From Rhizophagus irregularis (lineage: Eukaryota), in the NCBI RefSeq assembly GCF_026210795.1, contig NC_089430.1, forward strand, positions 5,580,001 to 5,644,000: a stretch of 64,000 bases of DNA, read 5' to 3'. Of the stretch, positions 25,151 to 38,002 are shown piece by piece; the stretch's first letter is position 1, and each line of letters begins with the position of its first letter. The position numbers were made by a program, and so were the translations under genes. The notes under the pieces are model-generated. The model did no database searches. It was given only the letters and a program-made list of their open reading frames with translations, and was not told the origin of the DNA.

Positions 25151-26693
25151 ATGAATACATCTGAGAACTACCCTGGTCAAAATAGTAAGCCTTACTTTTT
25201 AAGTTCTTAAAATTTCTTTGGAATATTATATTATTTTCTTGCTTTTTGGAATTATTTTGACCAGTAATATTATATCTAACTACTATTGTAACTCAATGAT
25301 ATTTTTAGTCCTTATTTCTTATATGACAAAAAGTAAAAAGGTATCATATTGTGGGTTTTTGAAAAGTTACCGTGATATTATTGTTACTTTAACTTTCTCA
25401 GACAAATGGGAAGAGCTTGATAATACTTGGATTACTCGTTTTTTGCATGAAGGAATATATTCCCCTGGCTTTAAAGATAAGGTGCATTTTTTTTATTTTG
25501 CAATGGGTGGACAATCCCTATGTTAGATTTATTTGATTTTAGGGGAATTACTGTTTCTGACAACCTTGGTAACCACCCCAAGCTCTCAGTTCAGGTGTCC
25601 TAACATTGTTGTTGATTAAAGCCTGCTAATTCTGGAGGAGGAGTTGGCTATGTACCTTCTTTTGTCACTAAATAAAAAATCTTAATGCACTACTAACAAT
25701 CTCTTTCTTATAACAGATAACTACAGAACATTCACGTTATGCAAAAACATTGCAAATATTCTGGAAAGGAATTATTAAGGATTATGAAAAAGAAAAAGAA
25801 AATCTAATTTCATCTCATCCAGAAGCAATAATTGAGATTCCTGCCACCATTTCTGTTAAAGAAGAACATTGTAATAAGACTACTAAGAAAAACATTAAAC
25901 TAACTAACTACTGTTGTGATATTCTTAAAGAACTTGATAATAAATCTAATATCCATCCATTTTACAAATATTATGAAATGGAAGTTTCAGATAAGACTAT
26001 AAAAAATCCAATGGATCTATTTACTATAAATTCAAAATTAGAAAATAATCAATACAGAAGTACAGAAGAATTTGAAAAAGATATTCGTCTTATATTTCAC
26101 AATTGTTATACATATAATGATGTAGGAAGTGAAATATATTGTTTGGGAGAAGAATTAGAATCAGATTTTAATAAAATATGGAATGAAAAACAAAGGGAAA
26201 GATTAAAAAGAGTACGAGATACTGATACTAATTCATCTGGTAAATTAAAATATTTTCATGATTTTTTTGCATTTACAATATATTATTAATTCTTTATATA
26301 TAACAATTATTTATTAGAACTTGTAACAAAACAAATTCGAATTTTAGACCAAAATAAAGATAAATTAGTATATAGGCAAGTTGTAAATGATGCTTTTCTT
26401 ATTGCTTCAGCATATGAAAATCTTGTTGCAGGTAATCTTATACCTTTTATTGAAATTATAAAAACATTTCTATCAACAAGATCACAAATGTCATTATCAT
26501 CTGCAGATGAACCTGTTCTTCAGGCAATTGTTGAAAGCCTTTTACCACTGAAATATCATATTCCTGGACTTTCACTTGTAATGGATGGCACAAAACCAAA
26601 AGGATTTGGCCATTTTGGATATTCTGACATTTTTGTTTTTAAAGAAATAGGAGATAGTATGTTAGTTTGGAATTGAAGTACATATCATTATTA
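25151..26693 (+). pseudogene. Bromodomain protein with C-terminal PD-(D/E)xK-like region, frameshifted and truncated; exons 25151-25184, 25309-25481, 25717-26239, 26318-~26693
   Basis: IKNPMDLFTINSKLENNQY...DIRLIFHNCYTYN bromodomain; splices keep the frame; GYSDIFV then VSLELKYI after a frameshift near 26658. Confidence 0.75.
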
Positions 26694-27071
26694 TTTATTT
26701 ATTTTTTACTAAAAATAGAAATGATTAGTTAATAAAAATATTTTATAGACAAAAAAAAATAAATTGACAAGATATTTAATGTTCAAAAACAAATTTTGTT
26801 TTAAAAATAAATGATTGACAAATAATTGATTAAAATTTCAGCCCACATTATAATCATGATGATTGACCAGCAATACACATCTTATATATCATTGACACTT
26901 GACAGAACAGATATTTATTATAGTATTAGCTTTATAACTTTATAAGCATAAGTATCTATGTATATAACACTAGTCGAAAAAGGAATATTCGGCCTTAATA
27001 CAATTTGGCCTATATTCGACTAGAATTAATAAAATTCGACTTCAATTAGTAAAGATTTACGATTAGACATA

Positions 27072-27594
27072 CACAGTGAAATTCGATAAACCGGATATTT
27101 GATAAACCGGATTTAGGCCTAAACCGGACTTTTTTGCTGGAACCAAATCACGTATATTAAAATAGGCTCGATATACCGGAGTTTACTAGTAAAAGCTCGA
27201 TATTCGCTATAACGGATCAATTTTCTAACCAGCTATAGTAAAAATGATTCGATGAACCGGATCACGTGACTTGTAACCAATAAAATTTAAGTAACGTGAT
27301 TCGGTAAATCTTAAATTTGGCCGGAATTATAAAAATCTTAATTCCGGCTGAAGTTAAGTATTACTTATATATTCAATTAAAATATTTTATATTCATTTTC
27401 ATGACCTCTATAACTTAAAACTAGATGAAAAAATCAAATTATAGTGTATATTAGTTTTATTAGCATGAAAATTTTTTAAAAATTCAATACAATAGATTTT
27501 CAATATATCGAAATTTTTTCGCTAAACCGGATATCCCGATAAACCGGATATTTTTAGTGGAACCGATAGATCCGGTTTATCGAATTTTACTGTG
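27072..27594. mobile_element. Tc1/mariner-type MITE nested in the CACTA
   Basis: ~25-bp TIR CACAGT[G/A]AAATTCGATAAACCGGAT flanked by TA; internal TAAACCGGA repeats. Confidence 0.85.
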
Positions 27595-27862
27595 TATATT
27601 CAACCTAGTTGAATTATGTTAATCAAACGTTATGCGTTACACGATACGCGTATTAAAATAAAAGTTTAAAAAAGGATGATCCTTTTTTAAACTTTTTTAA
27701 TTTTCTTCCTTCCCTCCTCGCCCTTTCCCTTCCTTCGTTCCCCTTTTCCTTCGTCCCAGTTTCTCTTCTTCCCCTTTCCCTCCTTTCGTTCTCCTTTCCC
27801 TTCCTTCGCTTTTCCCTTCCTTACCCTTTCCCCTTTTCTTTCGTCACTTATCTCCTTCGAAG

Positions 27863-29806
27863 GTATACATATACCTTCGAATTTTTACTTTTTTTAACGA
27901 AATGTTTCACTAACGTTTTCGTTTTTTCTTTTTTAGATTCAAGACGCCCATTTAAAAGGGTCGGGTGGGCTTTCGAAGTATGGAAAAACCAAGTTTCGTA
28001 AGTACGAAACTTGGTTTATTTATTTATTTGTTTAATTTAGTATGAATGGTTACTAACCGTTCTTTTATTACTTTTTTTTAGATTCGGCCATTCGGGTGGG
28101 CTTCCGAAGTATGGAAAAACCAAGTTTCATAAGTACAAAACTTGGTTTATTTATTTATTTTTTTTTTTAATTTAGTATGAACGGTTACTAACCGTTCTTT
28201 TATTACTTTTTTTTAGATTCGGCTGTTCGGGTGGGCTTTCGAAGTATGGAAAAACCAAGTTTCGTAAGTACGAAACTTGGTTTATTATTTTTTTTTTAAT
28301 TTAATATGAACGGTTACTAACCGTTCTTTTTTTACTTTTTTTTTAGGTTCGGCCATTCGGGTGGGCTTCCGTGTTCCGAAGAACGGGAAAATTCCAAAGA
28401 TTCGTAAGAATCTTGGATTTTTTTTTTATTTTTTAAAAAAATATTATAAACGGTTACTAATAACCGTTCTTTTCTATTTTTTAGGATCGGGTGGCTTCCG
28501 AAGAACGAAAACCCAAAGATTCGTACAAATCTTCAATCTTTTTTATTTTTGATTATTACGAATGGTTTACTAACCATTCTTTCTTTTTTTTTATAGGTTC
28601 GGGTGGGCTTCCGAAGAACGAAAACCCAAAGATTCGTATGAATCTTCAATATTTTTTATTTTTGATTATTATGAATGGTTTACTAACCATTCTTTCTTTT
28701 TTTATAGGTTTGGGTGGGCTTCTGAAGAATGAAAACCCAAAGATTCGTAAGTACGAATCTTCAATCTTTTTTTATTTTTGATTATTACGAATGGTTTACT
28801 AACCATTCTTTCTTTTTTTTATAGGTTTGTGAGCTTCCAAGGATCGGGAAAAGGAGAACTGAGGTTCGTTACAAACCTTGGATTTTTTTTTAATATTATG
28901 AACGGTTTCTAACCGTTCTTTTTCTTTTATTTTTATAGGTTCGGTTGGCTTCTGAAACCAAGATTCATAAGTACGAGTACGAATCTTGATTTTTGTTTTT
29001 TTTTATTATTTTGGAACAGTTTACTAACCGTTCCTTTCTTTTTTTTATAGGTTCGTCCGTTTGGGTGAGTTTCCGAAGAACGAAGAATGGAAAAAACTAA
29101 GATTCGTAAGTATTCCGTATTACGAATCTTAGTTTTTTTTTCTTTTTTTATTCTTATTATTATGAACGGTTACTAACTGTTCTTATTCTTTTTTTATAGG
29201 TTTCGGTGGGCTTCTAAAGAACGAAAAAGAACTAAGATTTGTAAGTATTACGAATCTTAGTAGTTCTTTTTTTTAAAAAAAAGAAACGTTATACTGTATT
29301 AACGTTTCTATTTCTTTATTTTGTAGGAACTCCGGGGCTTTCTTTCTCTCTTCCCTCTCACCTTCCCTCTCCTCTTTCGTTATTCCCCACCATTCCTCTA
29401 TCTCTTACTTTTGTAGGATATTTTCTTGGAATTTTCTTCAGCTTCAGTAGATTTCTTTAGTAGAACGTGTAGATCAACGTCTTTGAATTGGTAAGTTTTT
29501 TTTTTTATTATTAATTTTGATTTTTTTTTATTGATTTTTTTTATCTTATAATTTGTAGAAATCAACAGTTTCGCACTTTCCGGATCGAATTGGTAAGTTT
29601 TCACTTAAAAACTTTTTTTAAAAATTTTTTTTTTATTATTAATTAATTTTTTTATTATCTTATTTTGTAGTTTCGGCTTCCTTATCCTGGATGATAGGAT
29701 CGATTAGTAAGTTTCAAAACGGTTTGTTTTGAAACTTTTTTTTTAAAGTTTTGTTTTTCCAAATTTTTATTTCAAATCGGACTTGGACTTTATTTTTTTT
29801 CTTTAG
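27863..29806 (+). repeat. Tandem array of micro-exon + intron units (~110-140 bp period), putative multi-spliced non-coding transcript
   Basis: Repeated GTAAGT / TACTAAC / (Y)nTAG signals separated by 28-61 nt GC-richer exon-like units (TTCGGGTGGGCTTCCGAAG). Confidence 0.8.
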
Positions 29807-30543
29807 TTATAGTAAGACGACTTTTAACATTCGTTCTTTTCAAGATGCGATCATGTGATTGTGAAATTGTGTATAATTATTTTATTTATACATTAGATAG
29901 ATGCTAATATACATGTACTGTATATTTAAGTGTTTTAATAAATTAATAAATTTGAAATTGAACTAAATTAATAAATAAATATTGAGACAAAATTTTGTGT
30001 CGAATAATCATCCGAACTGCACCTCAATTTGACGCCACTATTAGACCTAAATTCAACCTAAATTCAACCTAAATTCAACCTAGTCAAATTTAGGTCGAAT
30101 GGTAGTGTAGTGATGGCCGAATTTTCTTTCCAAATTTGAGACGATTGGCACCCTAAATGCGCCCAAAAATTCGACCTCAATTTGACACAGGTTAGATCAT
30201 CATTCGACCTATATTCAACCTGGTCAAATTTAGGCCAAATTGTCTTTTTTCGACTAGTGTAATAATGAACATATAATGTTATAGCTCAAAAAGTTTCACC
30301 AATTTTCTTAATATTCGTTGTTATTTAAAAAAATTCACACATGTTTAAATTGAATATGATCAGCAAATAATTTTTATAAAAAAATTCAGCCCACATTACA
30401 CAAATCACTAATTAGTCATGATCAACATAATTATGCATAAATATTGTTCTTCCATTTATAAAGCATCAGGCGAAATTTTTTTTCTTACCACTGCAAATTT
30501 TTTTTTAATTTCTTCCTATGAATTTTATTTGAAAAAACTCTCA

Positions 30544-33500
30544 ATGGATTCTTTTATCAAAAGTGCTAAAAAGCTGGTTAATTCATACGATTGTAATTGT
30601 GATAATGAATGTAATGCAAAATGGTTTAAACGAAATTTTAAAAATTGGACTAGTGGTAATAATAATATTGATAAAGTTATTCAAGATACTCAGCTATCAG
30701 AACATAATAATTATAGTGTAAAAAATGCATTAGAATGGATACCTTATGATAAACTTTATGATATTAAATATATCACAGAAGATAATAAGTTTGGTAAAGT
30801 GTATAGAGCAAATTGGATTGATGGATGTATATATAAATGGGATAATGATAATCAAAATTTGATAAGAAAAGATCAAAATATGTTTGTAATTCTGAAAATT
30901 TTAAATAATCCAGCAAGTATTACATTAGAACTTATAAATGAGGTATAATGAATTTATTAAAAGTTTCGTTTTTTGTTGAATTGTAATATAAATGATCACA
31001 TTATACTGTGCCCCATTTGATGAAAAAAAATTGCTAGTCGTTTTAAATAGTAAAAAGTTGAAAATTTTATTTCTACTAATATCCCTAACTAATATATTGT
31101 AGATTGCAGTATTTTATAAAGCCTATGAAGTTTATGGAATAACTCAAGATCCAGAAACCAAGAACTATATGGTAATTTTGGATGATATATGTGAAAAATG
31201 TAATGAAATGTGTAATTCAATACATTTTCAACGAAATTTTAAAAATTGGATTAATGGTAATAATGATATTGATAAATTTATTCAAAATACTCAGCTATCA
31301 GCTCATTATTATAATGTAAGAAATGCATTAGAATGGATACCTTATGGTAAACTTTATGATATTAAATATATCACAGAAGATAATAAGTTTGGTAAAGTGT
31401 ATAGAGCAAATTGGATTGATGGATGTATATATAAATGGGATAATGATAATCAAAATTGGATAAGAAAAGATCAAAATATGTTTGTAATTCTGAAAATTTT
31501 AAATAATCCAGCAAGTATAACTTCAGAATTTATAAATAAGGTATAATAAATTTATCAAAAGTTTCATTTTTTTTTTGTGAATTATAATATAAATTAATCA
31601 CATTTTACTATGCCATTTTATGAAAAAAAAGTTGTTTTAAGAAACAAATGGTTAGTAAATATTTTATTTTTACTAATATTTCTAACTTTAATATACTGTA
31701 GATTGTACCTTATAAAGTTTATGGAATAACTCAAGATCCAGAAACCAAGAACTATATGGTGGTTTCGGATATCAATAAATGTGGAATATGTTATAATACA
31801 TGTAATTCAATACATTTTCAACGAAATTTTAAAAATTGGATTAGCGGTAATAATGATATTGATAAATTTATTCAAAATACTCAGCTATCAGCTCATAATT
31901 ATTATGATGTAAGAAATGCATTATAATGGATACCTTATGGTAAACTTTATGATATTAAATATATCACAGAAGTTAATAAGTTTGGTAAAGTGTACAGAGC
32001 AAATTGGATTGATGGATGTATATATGAATGGAATGATGAAAATCAAAATTGGATAAGAGGAGATCAAAATATGTTTGTAATTCTGAAAATTTTAAACAAT
32101 TCAGCAAGTATTACATTAAATCCTATAAATAAGGTATATTTTTTGTGAATTATAATATAAATTAATCATTGTACTATACCATTTGTGGAAAAAAAACAAA
32201 TATTTATTTTTACTAAGATTTTTATCTTTAATTATTACATTATAGATTGCAGTATCTTCTAAAGTTTATGGAATAACTCAAGATCCAGAAACCAAGAACT
32301 ATATGGTAGTTTTAAAAGATGTATGTAAAAAATGTAATGAAGCATGTAATTCAATGCATTTTCAACGAAATTTTGAAAATTGGACTAGTGGTAATCATGA
32401 TATTGATAAATTTATTCAAGATACTCAGCTATCAGAACATAATAATTATAGGGTAGAAAATGCATTAGAATGGATACCTTATGATAGGCTTTATGATGTT
32501 AAATATATTACAGATGATTATATGTTTGGCAAAATATACATAGCAAATTGGATTGATGGATGTATATATAAATGGGATAATGATAATCAAAATTGGAAAA
32601 GAGAAGATCAAAATATGTTTATAATTCTGAAAATTTTAAAAAATCCAGCAAGTATTACATCAAAATATATAGATTTAAATAACCCAGCAAGTATTACATC
32701 AAAATATATGGATAAGGTATAATAAATTTATCAAATGTTTCATTTTTTTTTGTGAATTATAATATAAAATAATCACATTGTACTATGCCATTTTTGTGAA
32801 AAAAAAAAGTTGTTTTAAGAAACAAATGGTTGAATATTTTATTTTTACTAATACTTCTAACTTTAATATATTGTAGATTGCATTATCTCATAAAGTTTAT
32901 GGAATAACTCAAGATCTAGAAACCAAGAAATATATGGTAGTTTTAAAAGATATATGTAAAAAATGTAATGAAGCATGTAATTCAATGCGTTTTCAACGAA
33001 ATTTTGAAAATTGGACTAGTGGTAATAATGATATTGATAAATTTATTCAAGATACTCAGCTATCAGTTCATAAGGATAATGAAATATCACATGCATTAGA
33101 ATGGATACCTTATGATAGGCTTTATGATGTTAAATATATTACAGATGATTATAAGTTTGACAAAATATACAGAGCAAATTGGTTTGATGGATATATAAGT
33201 TGTTGGTACAGTAGTTATAATGGAAATCAAAATTGGAAAAGAGAAGATCAAAATATGTTTATAATTCTGAAAATTTTAGATAATCCATTAAAATTTATGA
33301 ATAAGGTATAATAAGTTTCATTTTTTGTGAATTACTATAATGTACCATTTGTGGAAAAAAAATTGCCAGATGTTTAAAAAAATAAATAGTTGAAATTTTT
33401 ATTCTTACTAATATTTTCTAACTTTAAATACATTATAGATTGCAGTACCTTCTAAAGTTTATGGAATAACTCAAGATCCAGAAACCAAGAACTATATGGT

Positions 33501-35369
33501 AGTTTTGGAAAATATATGTGAAAAATGTAATAAAGTGTGTAATGCAATTCATTTTCAAAATAGATTCATACATTGGACTAGTGGTAATGATGATATTGAT
33601 AAATTTATTCAAGATACTCAGTTAACAGCACATACTTATAATGAGGAACAAAATGCATTAGAATGGATACCTTATGATAGATTTTATGATATTAAATATA
33701 TTGCAAAAGGTGGGTTTGGAAAAGTATATAAAGCAAAATGGGATGATCATAATCAAAATTGGATAAGAAAGGATCAAAACATGGTTGTAGCTCTGAAAAG
33801 TTTAAATAATTCAAGAAATGTTGCATTGGAATTTATGAATGAGGTAAGCTATTTAACTATTCTTAATAAATATTTAATTTAAGTATTAATACTTATTTAT
33901 AATATTTATAGATTACATTACATCATAAAGTAAATTTGCATAAACGCTTTATTAAACTTTATGGAATAACTCAAGACCCAGAAACGGAAAATTACATTAT
34001 GGTTTTAGATTATGCAGAAAATGGAAGTTTGCGAAATTATTTAGACACAAATTATAGTAAATTGAGTTGGAGTGATAAGATTAATTATTTACATAGCATT
34101 GCACATGGACTTAAAGATATTCATGAAATAGAATTAATTCATCGGGATTTGCATATTGGTAATATATTAAGGCTCAAAAATCTCACTTGTATAACTGATA
34201 TGGGATTATGTAAACCTGCTGATTGTAATACATCGGAAAATGCAAAAAGCAAAATATATGGTATTTTACCTTATATTGCCCCTGAAATTTTACGTGGACA
34301 AAATTATACAAAAGCTGCAGATATTTATAGTTTTGGTATAGTAATGTATGAAGTAATTTCTGGATTACCTCCGTATTATGATGTAGGTCATGATATAAAT
34401 TTAACAATGAAAATTTGTAAAGGACTTCGACCAAGATTTAATATTAAAGTGCCTCATTTGATTGTGCATTTAATTAAAAGATGCTTGGATGCAAATCAAT
34501 CAAAACGACCAAATGCAGAAGAAATTAAAAAAACTTTAAGTAAATGGCTTAAAGAATCAAGTGATTTATTATATATTAGTAATCTTAGTAATTATACAAG
34601 TATTCAAAAACAAATTAAGGAAATAGATGAAAGTTCATCAAATAGCAGTATAACTTCGACAAATTTAGGAATATCTTATGTAACAAATTCAGAAGCTGTT
34701 TATGCCAGTAGATTGCTTGAATTTAGTAATCTTCCTGAGCCAAAAAATTCCGATGATTATTATGAAGTAAATGATAATATAATTAGCATGAAATTTTCAG
34801 GTATTCATTAATAAAAAAAATTTAATACTAATTGTAAAAAATACTGATAAGGTTTAATTTTTTGATAGAATCCTTACAAATTGATATTTCTCAGCTGAAA
34901 AATAGTAATTCTTTTGAGCTAAAAAATTCTGATGATAGTTATGAAAAGAATGATAATATTAATATGAAACCTTCAGGTATACTTTTTAAATAATTAATAA
35001 AATCAATTATAAATAATTAATAAATTTTTAATTCATTGAATAGAATCCTTACAAATTGATATTTTAGTACAGTCTCCTGAACCAGATAATTCTGATGATT
35101 CTTATGAAAAAAATGATAATATTATTAGTATGAATTCTTCAGCAGGTATTGATTAATAAAAAATATTTATACTGTTATTTAAAAAAAAAACACTAATTTC
35201 TTTCATTAAATAGAATCACTACAAATTGATATTTATCAATTGAACACTAGTAAAGATGGTAATTATTCTTTAGATATGTATAAAAAAAACTAGTCAATTG
35301 TATAATATACTTATTTTGTTTATTTTTTTAGACCAGGATAGAAAATCTAAAGGCAAAGAAAAAATTTAG
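30544..35369 (+). CDS. TKL-type protein kinase with six tandem N-terminal exon modules; internal stop in exon 3 (possible pseudogene). Exons 30544-30942, 31103-31540, 31702-32133, 32246-32716, 32877-33305, 33439-33843, 33912-34800 plus short 3' exons
   Basis: GGFGKVY, VALK, HRDLHIGN, DMG, LPYIAPE, DIYSFG; phase-0 GT-AG introns; TAA at 31924-31926. Confidence 0.88.
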
Positions 35370-35569
35370 ACCAATTATAACCTTTTGCTATTTTAGTAAT
35401 TAAATTTTTAAATTTTTATTTTTTTTTCGCTATTATAGTTTAAAATTTTAATTATTATTAATCTTCAGTGGAAAGGTAACAAATTTATACTTTATTATAG
35501 TTTAAAAACGGTCTTATTTTTGCTTTTCAATAATTAGTAAATTACAATTTTGATTAGTTTGATAAAGTT

Positions 35570-35730
35570 AAGAAGAAGAGGAATGATGGGAAGTTAAAAG
35601 TCGAAAAGGAGTAATGGGAAGATAAAGAGGAGTAATGGAAAGATGAAGAGGAGTGATGGGATATGAAAAGGAGTGATAAGAAGATGAAGAGGAGTGAGGA
35701 GTGATGGGAGATGAAAAGGAGTGATAATAA
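35570..35730. repeat. Purine-rich degenerate ~20-bp repeat (GAGGAGTGATGGGAGATGAA)
   Basis: About seven GAGT[G/A]AT units. Confidence 0.7.
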
Positions 35731-36052
35731 AATTTAAGATAAAAATGGAAGAATAGGAGTAGGAATAGAAATAATGATAGTTATAATTTTAAATTATACT
35801 AGCCTTATTGATTAACTTTTACGTATTTATTCATTTATTTTATATTTACTCTATTCATCAATTATATAAAAACTTTTTTAAAATCAAAATATAATTTAGT
35901 TTTGTTCTTAATGAAATTGTAATAAAATATCTATAATTATATTACTGGTAATATCTTATAATTTATCTATTTAGACCGAATTTACATAAAACTAGTAATC
36001 CATAAATTTAATAGTTCTTCAATAATACTAATTCTATATAAATACTGTATTA

Positions 36053-36282
36053 AACTCTTTCCGACGATCATCTTGTCCACAAATTTTTAGGAAAAAGATG
36101 AAACAAAAAACGGAAGAGGTTTTATATTAAAATGTTTTTCGGAGCCAGACAAACGTCACCAACTGAATATTCTCTCTTTTACGGACGTTTCGAGACGAGT
36201 TTCGAGCAAGGACAAGAAGTACGAAGTCCGACACTTACAGAAATAGTAAAAATGCGGTTAGCGATTAAAAATAAATAAATAA
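36053..36282 (+). mobile_element. Short retroposed insertion (SINE-like or 5'-truncated LINE)
   Basis: 15-bp direct repeat ATAAATACTGTATTA at 36038-36052 and 36283-36297; (AAAT)n tail; GC-richer than flanks. Confidence 0.78.
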
Positions 36283-37768
36283 ATAAATACTGTATTATCT
36301 CAATTTAATTCTGACAATTTTTTTTAAAAAATTTTATATTAGGAAAAGTTTACAAATTTTATTGAAATTGTTATTTAGTTAATTTTTTTTTTTTTTTGAT
36401 CTACTAGCGAAAATTCCATATTCAATAAAACTTACCGAAACATAAGTCATTGACATATCATCAACTTTTTATTGTAAACGTTTTTTTAGCAATATTGAAA
36501 AGGAAATTCAAAAATATTTTTCATCCCGAATTATTAAAAATAAATAATACCTTGATTGCAATATTCACGCTACATTATAAATAAGCAGGAATCGAATTTC
36601 TATAATAAATTATTTTTGGTGTACTTCAGTTAATTAAACTTTCTGAAGAAGTAAAAAGTAAAGAAATCATAATTTTAAAAAAAATAACTAGATTTATTTA
36701 TTTATTTTTTTTGATAAAACATTATTATTCAATATGGAATTAAAAAAATAATAATGATTCTCAAATAATTATTATGTAATGATCAATTTAAAGACTTACC
36801 TTAAAAATTCAAGAAATTTTTTCCCATTAATGTAATATTCGGTTACGATTAAAAATACTTAAAAATATAATTGATTAATAATAATTGTCACTTCACTTTA
36901 AACAAATAAAATTGAATTGAATATATTTTGTTACTTCTTAATGATATTCTAAATAAATAAATAAACTGAAAATATTAGTCAAATTTACAATCATATTCTT
37001 TTATTTCTTTGATAATTTAAATAGCTTGGCTTAATAGAAAAAGTGAAACGAAAGGAAGTTCAAAGATAATATTTTTTTTTAAGAAATACGAATTATATGA
37101 TTGACATATAATAATTTAAATGTATATTCACTATTTCATTGCCTCCATGCATCATAATAATCGACATCTAATTTCTAATAAAAGATAATACAAATTTCGA
37201 CAACAGGAAAATGTAATTACTGTTTTTGCATTTGTGTGAAAAAAACAATTCAACGTCACAACTTAGTATTTCTTAGGGCTATTAATAACTGTCGTTGTTC
37301 TGTTTGGCAAAAAATAAAAATATAATATCAGTTTGTTATCTAATCAAAATTTAGACACTCTTTCAATATTACAATTGTATCACCTTATAATTCTTTTTTT
37401 ACATCATCTAAAATCACATTGTTTCTTTCTATTTTTTCTAAACTTGATTCTCGCTGTTGATACCGTTGTTGCTACCATGGTCCATTAGACCATGTAGGTC
37501 CTGCAAAATTTCAAAATTACTAAATCCTCCTGGATATTAAACTGATTTATGGGAAGCTCTTTAAATACAAAGATTTAAAAATGAAAGTGGAAAAAACGAA
37601 TCTTGTCGCTAGATAAAGAAATTTATTTGATCGACATTTGCAACAATTCAATATTATCATGAACTGTATAATAACAAATGGTCCAGAAGAATCAAAGTCT
37701 AGTAAGTAATATTATATAAACATTATTTTAAACATAATCAAAAAAAAAAGAATTAAGTCAGATACATT

Positions 37769-38002
37769 AGGACCCCGAACAATATATAAATAGGTCATAG
37801 GAAATTGGCAAAATTTTACTATTAGCTCTACGCATTTTTTCAGGGCCGGAATTATGATAATGTCAGTCAGTTACTAAATAAAGTAATATATTTCTTACCA
37901 ACGTTATCAAAATTTATCTAAAAAAGGAAAGATTTTCATGATTATTTTAGCCTATTCTACGCGTTATTTCTTGTTACCTATTTCAGTATTGCTCGGGGTC
38001 CT
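37769..38002. mobile_element. 234-bp MITE with 8-bp TSD
   Basis: TIR AGGACCCCGA[A/G]CAATA (imperfect to ~37 bp); GATACATT duplicated at 37761-37768 and 38003-38010. Confidence 0.85.

Larger units (their letters stand above)
26968..30259. mobile_element. Non-autonomous CACTA (EnSpm-like) element
   Basis: Termini CACTAGTCGAAAAA / TTTTTCGACTAGTG; TAA on both flanks; subterminal ATTC[G/A]AC[C/T]T-type repeats at both ends; no transposase. Confidence 0.88.

Noticed and set aside
25540..25660. GC-richer intronic segment as a snoRNA
   Set aside because: No clear C/D or H/ACA architecture by eye; needs an Rfam search
27937..29326. CRISPR array, or protein ORFs 28361-28552 and 28491-28781
   Set aside because: Inter-repeat segments are homologous intron-like sequences, not unique spacers; the ORFs read through T-rich introns
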